Positions 1-8,013 of a stretch of DNA of 12,603 nt are shown here, piece after piece. The position numbers and the translations under genes were made by a program. The stretch spans positions 1 through 12,603 of the forward strand of contig JBHIFL010000101.1 of NCBI GenBank assembly GCA_046761065.1. Direction: 5' to 3'. The first letter of the stretch is position 1. Each line of letters begins with the position of its first letter. Source of the stretch: Candidatus Heimdallarchaeota archaeon (GTDB lineage: Archaea; Asgardarchaeota; Wukongarchaeia; Wukongarchaeales; JBHIFL01). The notes under the pieces were generated by a model that saw nothing but the letters and a program-made list of their open reading frames with translations, was not told the DNA's origin and made no database searches.

Positions 1-272
1 GGGGTCAAATGAAACGGAGGCTGGAAATGAGGTTCCACAAAAACTTTACAGAACCAAGATGGGAATACCGGCCAAATGTTCTATATCGCTTATGCAGATG
101 CGCACAGTTACTTCGATGGAGACTAATTATGGTTTAATATAGGACGACTTCTCATTGTAGAACTCGACACCTTATTCAAAATTGCGAGAACTGGAGAAGA
201 CCAATGTGAAAAGGAGTCCCACTAAGGAAGTACCATCCATGGCTTTGTAGAAAAATGAAAAAGATCTTAGAA

Positions 273-777
273 CTACTTTGAGATGTTAAATTCTATTCTG
301 AAGTGATTTACATCTGGATCCGCTAACACATTATACAGTGTTACCCATTCTCGGCAATATTAGTTTAGTAGATCGTCGACACTCCCTCGAAAGACTAATT
401 GTGCAACCCAAGTAACGACTTTCCCTAGAATCTGCCATAGGGGTCCTTGTACCTACCTCCTCTTGTAATCCTTGTACCTCCTCTTGTCCCCTTTGTTTTG
501 CTTGCTTATTTTCTGCTTCTGTACGTTGAGCCCATATGTCTTCGTCAAGCATGCGTGGGAGTACTCCAAACAACTGAAAAAAGAAATTTATGAATTCATT
601 GAACATATACTTATATCGTAATGTCCTATAGGGCCAGGAAAGCTTATCTGCAAGGGAAAATATGGGAAGCGGCCCGATTTTTCGTTCTAAAGCTGAAAAC
701 CCTTCGATATAGGCGTCATACTTAATTTGCATGTATTTGATCGATTTAACAAATTGAGAAATCAGTGCGATCCACAT
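273..777 (-). pseudogene. Hypothetical protein, probably frameshifted by a 4-bp duplication (track ORF 331..777)
   Basis: Tandem repeat at 444-487, one copy carrying an extra ACCT. Removing 4 bp replaces the tail with EEVQGPLWQILGKVVTWVAQLVFRGSVDDLLN* (TAA 360-362). That frame then stays open to TAG 273-275. Confidence 0.4.
444..487. repeat. Imperfect tandem duplication (19-bp core plus AA spacer) with a 4-bp internal duplication in one copy
   Basis: TCCTTGT-ACCT-ACCT-CCTCTTGT (444-466), AA, TCCTTGT-ACCT-CCTCTTGT (469-487). Confidence 0.9.
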
Positions 778-875
778 TTGGATATGTTTTTCATCCGTCT
801 TCTCGGAGTTCCTGTTCTTCTGGTCTGAATATCCCTACTTAAGTTGATACTTTTCTAGAGGACATTTAAAATCTA

Positions 876-1445
876 CTAAGAATTGCTATTCTTTTGCTGC
901 TCAGGTGGTGGTTCCTTTGTTAGTTCTTCAGGTAGTGGATGCCTCGTTGGTTCTCCTATTGGTTGTTGCTCTGTTGTTGCACTACGTTTGAAGAAAATTG
1001 AAGAAATTTTAAATTGAAGAACTTTGTAGAATGTACATGCTTTCAAAATCAATGGTTTGCAGGTTAAGAGTCCCAACCAAATAATGAGGAAACTGTTAAT
1101 GATTAAATAATCACATTGGGATATCCCAATAATTATAAGGACACTCAAAAACCACAAAATGAATAGACGGGTGGGATAACTACGAAGTACAAAAAGTAGT
1201 GTAAATCCAATAATAATGAGTGTAACGTTTAAATTTGTGGTCCATTGAATCAAAACGGTGGCAATCACACCGTACAAAAGGAAAAGAATAAGTGAATAGT
1301 TGTGCATTGTCCAATCTTCATTTAAAAAGCTTTTTATACCTAATTTTCTCTCAATAAAAGCTTCGCGTAAACAAAGGACTTGCATGTGAGTAATTCTTGA
1401 TTTTCTAAAAAATGTGCCAAAAAATTTTATGAATCTGTTGGACAC
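876..1445 (-). CDS. Hypothetical integral membrane protein (about 4 TM helices, Pro/Glu-rich C-terminal tail)
   Basis: 189-aa ORF with four hydrophobic stretches (YSLILFLLYGVIATVLI, VTLIIIGFTLLFVL, LFILWFLSVLIIIGI, LIINSFLIIWLGLL). The start codon is uncertain. Confidence 0.6.
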   Translation of the reverse strand: MSNRFIKFFGTFFRKSRITHMQVLCLREAFIERKLGIKSFLNEDWTMHNYSLILFLLYGVIATVLIQWTTNLNVTLIIIGFTLLFVLRSYPTRLFILWFLSVLIIIGISQCDYLIINSFLIIWLGLLTCKPLILKACTFYKVLQFKISSIFFKRSATTEQQPIGEPTRHPLPEELTKEPPPEQQKNSNS

Positions 1446-1968
1446 ATTCGAGGGGCAGAATCCATCTTGAACAGATGCCGTGGCATGTCTTGTGGTATGT
1501 CAGCTGATATATTAGTTCTTTATCTTGGGAAACAATTTCCAGGGCTTATATAAACCCGTCTAGAAGAAAATCTGCGAGAAATTGGCCTGTTGCACCGAGA
1601 ACTACCTTATCCTAGACAGATTGCACAAGCAAGTGTTTGACTTTGATGGACTAGTTGTCGTACTAACTCTTGTCATAAGATAAGACTCTAGAGGAGTTAA
1701 GAATCGCGCAAACTAAGTCGAAAGAGTTACGAACGGATTGATACACCCAAAAAGGACCTATTAGTCGCGACCCTCTCTGTTATGATTCTCTTCTAACTAT
1801 ATAGTCCTGTTTTCTTGAGAATTTGGCGAAGTCAGGGCTGGAGGGTGTTCCCAAGGAGAAAGAATTAAGCACCATTTTGGTATCAAATTCGTCTCTAAAG
1901 AACAATATTTTTAGTAAAACCAAAAATCTCTTCCATTTCTCATTGTTTACTTCACATTTCCCCTTCAT
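1405..1968 (-). pseudogene. Decayed wHTH (possibly AbiEi_2-like) regulator remnant
   Basis: Track ORF 1780..1968 continues in frame past TAA: DYIVRRES*QRGSRLIGPFWVYQSVRNSFDLV... and later DKVVLGATGQFLADFLLDGFI*ALEIV. The layout loosely parallels the 9486-10076 protein. There are several internal stops. Confidence 0.3.
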
Positions 1969-1989
1969 TTGTGCTGAATGCTGAAGTTC

Positions 1990-2014
1990 TCTGTTCTGTC
2001 ATTAACAGAACAGA
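1990..2014. promoter_or_regulatory. 10-bp perfect inverted repeat, candidate operator
   Basis: TCTGTTCTGT-catta-ACAGAACAGA, 22-46 nt upstream of the 1968 start. No U-tract follows it on the - strand. Confidence 0.45.
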
Positions 2015-2106
2015 ACATACTGATTTTCTATCATCGATTAAGTTTTTTTAGAGACCGATGCTGCGGATCACTTAGCAGGTCTTTCCCCTCTTGCATCTCC
2101 TCTTAA

Positions 2107-3033
2107 CTATCTTCTGAAGAAGTTGCTGACAAAGAACCACAGATTTGCTGGACGTTCAGCTAAGCGGCGCATGAAGTACGGATACCATTGCGTACCGAAC
2201 GGCACGTAGATACGCAACCTGTAGCCCTCTGCGACAAGCTGCTCCTGCAGCGCCGTGCGGATGCCATAGAGCATCTGAAACTCAAAGCAATCATGTGAGA
2301 TATTATTCTCAGTGGCATAGGTTTTAGCCGCCTTGATGATCTTTATGTCGTGTGTAGCGATGGCGGGGTAGCCACGGTTTTCTTTCGCCGCCTTGAGCAG
2401 AATTTTCATCTGCCGTAAGTAAGCGGTATCCACATCACGCTTCTTAGGATAGGCGACGCTAGCAGGCTCTTTATAACTCCCTTTACAGAGGCGTATGCTA
2501 GCGGCTTCTCCAACAAGGGTGATAATATCCTTTTCACTACGGTAAAGATATGACTGGATAGCTATCCGCACGTTATTGAAGTTCTCAGCCCGTAGGTCGT
2601 GGTACAGGTCAATCGTGCGTTGGGTATGGGTGTGATCCTCCATATCAATAGTAACGTGAATATCATGCTCGCGGGCTGAATGGAGGATACGCTGCATGTT
2701 TTCGTGGCATAGCTGTAGGTTAATGGCTAACCCCAACGCGGTAAGTTTTACTGAGATCCATGCTAGTAGGTTCTCCCGCGAGATTCGCGCAATCAGATGA
2801 AGATAGGCGTCAGTGGCGTGGCGTGCTTCGTCCAAGTCGGTGGTGCTCTCACCGAGGATATCCACCGTGGCGGTGATACCCAAACTATTCAACCTGCGGA
2901 TGACCTCAATTGCCTCATCTTCTGTCTCCCCGGATACGAAGCGCCGCGTCACCCGCTGGGCCAACCTCCTCTTCATGACGATGTCTCTGGCCCATTTCAC
3001 GTGCGAAAGGTAGAGTAAAAGTGCACGGAGCAT
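2107..3033 (-). CDS. putB: Monofunctional proline dehydrogenase (Pro_dh family, FAD TIM barrel)
   Basis: Motifs RRFVxGET, DILGE, ISVKLT, IDMED, IQSYLYRS, RLCKGxYKE, IATHD, FEFQMLYGIR, YVPFGxxWYPYFMRRLAERPAN. 308 aa. A GGAAGGA SD-like site lies upstream. Confidence 0.96.
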   Translation of the reverse strand: MLRALLLYLSHVKWARDIVMKRRLAQRVTRRFVSGETEDEAIEVIRRLNSLGITATVDILGESTTDLDEARHATDAYLHLIARISRENLLAWISVKLTALGLAINLQLCHENMQRILHSAREHDIHVTIDMEDHTHTQRTIDLYHDLRAENFNNVRIAIQSYLYRSEKDIITLVGEAASIRLCKGSYKEPASVAYPKKRDVDTAYLRQMKILLKAAKENRGYPAIATHDIKIIKAAKTYATENNISHDCFEFQMLYGIRTALQEQLVAEGYRLRIYVPFGTQWYPYFMRRLAERPANLWFFVSNFFRR

Positions 3034-3098
3034 AGGTTAGTCCTTCCGGTTGATTATTTATGGGTTATGACTAATTATAATAACTTATGGCTAATGGC

Positions 3099-3110
3099 TT
3101 ATAACTTTTC
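3099..3110 (-). promoter_or_regulatory. Archaeal-type BRE/TATA promoter for the proline dehydrogenase gene
   Basis: The - strand reads GAAAAG-TTATAA about 65 nt upstream of the ATG, among repeated TWATGRCT-like motifs. Confidence 0.5.
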
Positions 3111-3193
3111 ATACCTAATGGCTATGTGATAATGATTATCGACTATAATTTCTAATATTTAATATCGGCTTCAGCATTTCACTTCTAATATAA

Positions 3194-3457
3194 TCAATCG
3201 CTTGCTCTTGTGAAACATTCAAAAAGGTATTTAAAAGAGTTAAAACTCTTTTTAACCTTTAATCTTCCCCATTTAATAAAAGATATTGGCATATTACTCC
3301 CAAATGCTTCAAAATAAAGCGTTTTGAAGCATATAATGTAGTCTCGACATAATACAGCAATTTTTCCTATAAGTAAATGAAATAAAATTCTATTGTAAAG
3401 TTCTTTTACTTCTGTGATCAGTGAAAGCAGTTCTACAATAGTTAAGCTGTTTTTATA
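3194..3457 (-). pseudogene. Stop-free reading frame lacking a 5' start, in very AT-rich DNA; probable gene remnant
   Basis: 87 sense codons between TAG (3458-3460) and TGA (3194-3196): YKNSLTIVELLSLITEVKELYNRILFHLLIGKIAVLCRDY...YLFECFTRASD. It looks helical and only vaguely TPR-like. Confidence 0.25.
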
Positions 3458-3634
3458 CTAAGAGGGTTATTATCCTATATTAAATAGAACACCCATCTCT
3501 TTTACTCTCTTACTCGACTTCAAAGTGTTCATCCAATGGTAGTTAACCAAAATAAAGCAGCTTCTCTTTACTCATTGAGGTTTATAACACTTGATTTCAA
3601 CCAACTAACTGAAGATACCCAGTAGGGAAAAGCG

Positions 3635-4031
3635 ATGAATGATCCATGATTTGTTCAATTCAAAACGCAGATTGAGATGCTTAGAAATCGAAAAATTTTG
3701 CAGGACAAAAAAGGCTTCTGTCGAATCGACCATTTTCTTCTATGATGTGTAGTGGGCTTTACTGATGTGTTCCTAATCGAAGCCACAAAAACCTTGGATA
3801 AAAAGGTTCCTCAGTTTATCCGAAAGATGCGTCGCATGTTGTTGGACGCATTTAGATGTGCTTTGCGGCTTTCGATTTTTGATGAAGAGTTGAAGACAGG
3901 ACATCAAGCGTTGAAGACAGACAGGACATCAAGCGTTATATGTTCATCAAACACTCCATTCGAAAGTCATTTTGAATGATGCCTTCCCTTTATCTTGCAC
4001 ATATTCTGAAGTTTTCGTCCAAACCAAGTAA
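3635..4031 (+). pseudogene. Decayed hypothetical gene (includes track ORF 3752..3979)
   Basis: ATG 3635 is in frame with ORF 3752 across two TGA codons (3647, 3743). Removing the 25-bp insertion in the 3889-3937 repeat gives ...KTGHQALYVHQTLHSKVILNDAFPLSCTYSEVFVQTK*. Confidence 0.4.
3889..3937. repeat. 21-bp tandem duplication with a 4-bp internal duplication in the second copy
   Basis: GTTGAAGACAGGACATCAAGC (3889-3909), GTTGAAGACAGACAGGACATCAAGC (3910-3934), GTT. Confidence 0.92.
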
Positions 4032-4074
4032 AATGACTTGAGTTCTGTTCTTTCTTCTGGATTGTAATGTTATC

Positions 4075-4114
4075 AAAAAATATATAATTAATGAGATATT
4101 ATTTTAATCAGGTG
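4075..4114 (+). promoter_or_regulatory. Putative BRE/TATA and archaeal-type SD of the abiE operon
   Basis: AAAAAA-TATATAA at about 4075-4087. AGGTG (4110-4114) lies 6 nt before an in-frame TTG at 4121. Confidence 0.5.
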
Positions 4115-4975
4115 CAAAAGTTGAATACAAAGCTTGCTTTACTTTCATATATCCAGAAACGACAGTCTGTGACACTTAATGAATTACATCAGTTTGCGTC
4201 AAAGAGGTTAAAGATCAAGGATAAGAAGTATCTCTATTCAGCTTATTTGTATAGTTTATTGAAACAAGGGCATATTGTCCGCCAAAGACGGGGGCTGTAC
4301 TCGATTGTTGATATTGATCAACCCAGCATTCCCCCTGACCCCTACATCCTAGCTTCAAGATTACGTCATCCCTATTACTTAGGATATACTTCTGCCTTAG
4401 ATTTACTCGGAGCTGCTTCTTCTTTATTTACACAAATCATTGTAGTTGTCAGAAAAGGAGATCGATTTTCGTCCTTCGAATATCCCAAGGGGAATCCAAG
4501 ATATAGGATCCTTTCCACAGAGGCGAATGATCTTAAGCAGGGATTAAGACAGGTATCATATCAGGGCGATGATTTGATTATTAGTTCGGAAGCTCGAACA
4601 CTCATCGAGGTTGTTGATCAACCTCAACTGGCTGGAGGTTGGGGAGAAGTGATCCGTTCACTGGACTTGTTGATGACAAATTTCCGCTTGAACGACCTCG
4701 AAGAAGTGGGTGTCTTATTGGAGCTCTTTGGAAATAAATCATTGGCTGCTAGAGTTGGATTTCTTCTGGATATGTTTGCAACTATGGGATCCCTTTCCCT
4801 GCCTTTAGATACATTAGATCGGGTAAGATCATGGGTCACAAATGGGTCTCCTTCATATCTTTTCAGCCGTTCCTCTTTAGAAGAGGTGGTGCGGAATAAA
4901 AAATGGAATATTTACGTCCCAAAGGACTTTTTAGAACGATTTTTTATTGATCAACGGATTGGGCAGTTCTCATGA
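4091..4975 (+). CDS. abiEi: Type IV TA antitoxin / transcriptional regulator, AbiEi family (N-terminal wHTH plus C-terminal AbiEi domain); true start probably TTG 4121
   Basis: wHTH wing LLKQGHIVRQRRGLY, DPYILASRL..PYYLGYTSALDLLG, SSEARTLIEVVDQPQLAGGWGEV, LAARVGFLLD, C-terminal NKKWNIYVP. ATGA overlap with the downstream toxin gene. Confidence 0.88.
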   Translation: MRYYFNQVQKLNTKLALLSYIQKRQSVTLNELHQFASKRLKIKDKKYLYSAYLYSLLKQGHIVRQRRGLYSIVDIDQPSIPPDPYILASRLRHPYYLGYTSALDLLGAASSLFTQIIVVVRKGDRFSSFEYPKGNPRYRILSTEANDLKQGLRQVSYQGDDLIISSEARTLIEVVDQPQLAGGWGEVIRSLDLLMTNFRLNDLEEVGVLLELFGNKSLAARVGFLLDMFATMGSLSLPLDTLDRVRSWVTNGSPSYLFSRSSLEEVVRNKKWNIYVPKDFLERFFIDQRIGQFS

Positions 4976-6132
4976 CCAACTCAAAAGAAGTATGTCCTCG
5001 TTGTGGAAAGCCACTGGCCCAGCATCAATGGCGAACAGAAACAACTACAGGACAGAAATTCCCAATCTGCCAGGGAAAAGCGCAAGGCCACCGCACTAAG
5101 ATTAATGAAAGAAATCGAAATCAATGGAACACAGACAGAACTTCAATACCCATAAGTTCAGTAGCTACCGAATTAGCTGGTAAATTTGGAATCTCCATTC
5201 GATGGGCAGAGAAAATTGCACGTCTAGCTATTATCCTAAAGGAAATTAACAAAGATCCTCTCTTGAACAACTCCTTGGTATTTATGGGAGGTATAGCTCT
5301 CAATTTTGGAATTTTTGGAGATAAACTCCCCCGTTTATCCTATGATCTTGATTTCAATTTTCGTGAGCCTGAGGAACAAATTACGCCTCTGGATATGGAA
5401 AAAGTCATGAGCAATACCCACCATACCATTCAACAGCTTCTCTTCAGGCTTAACTATCCGCCGGAAAATGTGAAATACGAATCATCGTTTGAATTAGGCC
5501 GATATCAGATTCAATACCGCGCCTTGAGTGGAGGACGGGATAGCTTGAAAATCGATATTTGTTATAGTCGTCGAATACCTTTGCTACGACGTAAAGGGTC
5601 TCGGAAAGATCACTTGGTCAAGCTCAAAATGCTGGATAATATCAAAACATGGCAACCAGCCGTAGAGGAACTTTGCGGAGAGAAAATTGCAGCTTCTATT
5701 AAACGAAAACTTTCCCGAGACGTCTTCGACATATACTACATAGCTAGAGCTGTGGAACAGGGTATAATGGATTTCAAAGTACTTCGAAAATGTGCCCTTA
5801 TTTGTATCCTCTACCAAGATATTGATCCTCGAGAGGTAGATTGGGATCGACTATTTGAGAATATCAGCCTAGACACCTATTTACAGACCGCACTAATCAA
5901 CCGAAAGAGTATCACAAGCCAACAGTTCAGCCAGATTATTTTTAATGCAAAGACTTTTCTCAAGAGCATTTACAGTGATTTTACGGACACAGAATCACAG
6001 TATCTTGACAAATATTTCAAAGAAGGGAAGTTTCATCCAGAACTAATAGATCCAGAACAAGATCTTCATCCACACTTGGCAAATCAATCAGAAATTCAAT
6101 GGGTACTTTCAAAAAGAAGTAAAAAATCATAA
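4972..6132 (+). CDS. abiEii: Nucleotidyltransferase toxin, AbiEii/AbiGii (DUF1814) family, with an N-terminal Zn-finger-like extension
   Basis: LVFMGGIALNF..PRLSYDLDF, LKIDI and EELCGEKIAA...R...RDVFDIY motifs. Translationally coupled to abiEi. N-terminal C-x2-C-x6-H-x14-C. Confidence 0.9.
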   Translation: MTNSKEVCPRCGKPLAQHQWRTETTTGQKFPICQGKAQGHRTKINERNRNQWNTDRTSIPISSVATELAGKFGISIRWAEKIARLAIILKEINKDPLLNNSLVFMGGIALNFGIFGDKLPRLSYDLDFNFREPEEQITPLDMEKVMSNTHHTIQQLLFRLNYPPENVKYESSFELGRYQIQYRALSGGRDSLKIDICYSRRIPLLRRKGSRKDHLVKLKMLDNIKTWQPAVEELCGEKIAASIKRKLSRDVFDIYYIARAVEQGIMDFKVLRKCALICILYQDIDPREVDWDRLFENISLDTYLQTALINRKSITSQQFSQIIFNAKTFLKSIYSDFTDTESQYLDKYFKEGKFHPELIDPEQDLHPHLANQSEIQWVLSKRSKKS

Positions 6133-6205
6133 GAATTCCATATTTCAATAAATTAAATAGATAAGATCTTAACGGAAAAATACTGAAAGGAAGTTACGTA
6201 GGACA

Positions 6206-6361
6206 TTGGATATTTGGGATTTCCTTTATGATTATTTCACAATGGAAGAATTGAAAAATTTTATAGACTCGAAATTAGGTTTGGCGGTTTCTGGCAGAAA
6301 AAATGAACTAGTAGATGGAATAGTAGAATGTGAAAGATTTCATCCAACTCTTTTACTATGA
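6206..6361 (+). CDS. Small SAP-domain-like (helix-extension-helix) protein, 51 aa, possibly truncated; not in the ORF track
   Basis: TTG start: MDIWDFLYDYFTMEELKNFIDSKLGLAVSGRKNELVDGIVECERFHPTLLL*. It fits the SAP pattern T..ELK.....GL.VSG.K.EL...I. Confidence 0.65.
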   Translation: MDIWDFLYDYFTMEELKNFIDSKLGLAVSGRKNELVDGIVECERFHPTLLL

Positions 6362-6486
6362 TCTCAAGATTGTACTCCTCGTTGGACTGGAAGAGTCACC
6401 GCGCTACCGCCAATCTAGGGTCTAGCAGCCTCCGAAAAACCCAACAGCGCCGGTTACAACAGCGATCATACCCATCGTGTCATTCC

Positions 6487-6507
6487 CAAGCCATGCAAGC
6501 CATGCAA
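6487..6507. repeat. 9-bp tandem duplication
   Basis: CAAGCCATG CAAGCCATG CAA. Confidence 0.8.
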
Positions 6508-6760
6508 TGCCCTTTTGAGGATAGATGCGCTACTTGTCGAACCAGTAGGGTTGCCAAAAGGAGAGACAGACTATAGAGAGGAAGACGATAGGACACGAAA
6601 CTTTTGCATTCTATAATCCCTCTTCGGAATTTGATGTCAAGACATTCACCATTTTCTATGTTTGTACCACTGCGCCAAATTTCACATAGAATCAACAAGG
6701 CGAAGAATCAATAGTTCAAGGCTAACTTTTAGCATAATGCTCGCATAAAGGAGATTTCTG

Positions 6761-7610
6761 ATGGTGAGGCCTCAATGGTTCCCCAAGCCTCGAAATTCAA
6801 GCTACTTTACCGACGAAGTTGTACAAAGGCAATATTCGAGAATTCTTTCAGAATCCAAGCTTCCAACTCTATGAAACGCTTGAGATCTCTGGTGATCACA
6901 AACGAACCGAAGGACCATACTATTTGACACAATTGCATGTATTGTTCGAACGTTTAGTATACTGGCATTGGTTAACAGATAGAAACGGGAAAGTTTTAAT
7001 AGAAGAAGGGTTTCTTAAGAAAAAAGAAGAGGAGGGAGTGATATTCGTTTTAAGATCAGATGTAAGATATTACAAACGAAAAATGAAACAAAAACTTGAT
7101 TTGATCAAGCAATATGCTGATGATAATGTGACGAGGGGTTATGGACTATATGCAGAGGATCTGTTCAGAAGGACTTTGCAAATTGAAGGATTCAAGCTTC
7201 TGGGAACAGATACCAATTCGTATGACGGAAAATCTTGGACAAAGACAGATCATGATCTCGATTTCATAGTTGAGAAGGATGGAATCGCTTACGGGGCTGA
7301 AGTTAAAAATACCCTAAGTTACATGGAGCGTGACGAATTTGAGATCAAGTTGGAGCTTTGTGATTATTTGGGGTTGGTTCCTTTGTGGATTCTTAACAAT
7401 GCACCAAAATCTCAATTTCTTGAAATGAAGCGCCGCGGGGGCTTTAGTTTGATTTTTGGCACTCAAGTCTACCCTCCGGGATTCAGGCGTCTAGTGAAAG
7501 ATATCTGGGAAATATTGCGACTTCCTGTTCCTGTAAATGTCTGGAGAACAATCCCAGAAAAACTAGTAAAGATCTTTTTAAGGCAGCACGAAAAGCGATT
7601 AGTTATTTAA
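6761..7610 (+). CDS. wHTH + PD-(D/E)XK restriction-endonuclease-like protein; main ORF 6819..7610, 5' end apparently frameshifted
   Basis: GLYAE...DHDLDFIVEKDGIAYGAEVKN matches the E...D...ExK nuclease core. The N-terminal YYLTQLHVLFE..WHWLT....LIEEG is wHTH-like. A strong SD AAGGAGA (6748-6754) precedes ATG 6761, which is in a different frame. Confidence 0.8.
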
Positions 7611-8013
7611 CGTGGTTTAAAATTTTATACCCCTATTAAATCCATACTGTCTATCAAACAATTGTATTAATCTCCACGCAATACGTGGAAGCTTTGTAGG
7701 ATTTTTAAATCATTATTTTTCTTTGACTTTGCTCTGGTCTTGTTTCCGCTCCACCGGGAACTGATACTCGGTTGAAACTATCCCTATGTTCATTTCCGCC
7801 CTAACAGGATCGGACTCCCTTCGTTCTGTCCAAACCCTCTTTCGGGACTCCTTGCGCTCACATTACTAGCGTCAGTCGCTTTTGTCGCCCAGTACGCCCT
7901 CCGGGCGCCTATCTTACGGAATCCATGGATATCCAATATGGGTACGAGAGTTTCACGTGAAATTTGAGCACTAGTTTTTGTTTGGAAACTCGACCAAAAA
8001 ATTTCTTCTACTT

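Noticed and set aside
1541-1557. Strong TATA box TTTATATAA as promoter of the membrane-protein gene
   Set aside because: No purine-rich BRE on the - strand, about 100 nt from the start, and inside a probable coding remnant. Left uncalled.
2797-3018. Track ORFs 2797..3018 and 2813..3013 (+)
   Set aside because: Antisense shadows of the proline dehydrogenase gene.
3889-3937. Mini CRISPR array (also considered for 444-487 and 10090-10171)
   Set aside because: Only two adjacent copies with no unique spacers, or inverted geometry. No cas genes are present.
3635-3979. TGA recoding (Trp, Gly or selenocysteine) suggested by in-frame TGAs here and at 10-30
   Set aside because: TGA terminates abiEi in an ATGA overlap and intact genes use TGG. 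Similar interruptions involve TAA, TAG and frameshifts, and no SECIS or redox motif is evident. Decay is simpler.
4624-5817. Track ORFs 4624..4839, 5121..5303 and 5584..5817 (-)
   Set aside because: Antisense shadows of abiEi and abiEii.
6358-6698. Track ORFs 6358..6576 (+) and 6480..6698 (-)
   Set aside because: No recognisable motifs. At most a frameshifted hydrophobic remnant on the - strand.
7797-7890. Integron attC site or tRNA fragment starting at GCCCTAAC
   Set aside because: No matching GTTRRRY end, no cloverleaf or GTTCRA T-loop, and no integron integrase in the window.
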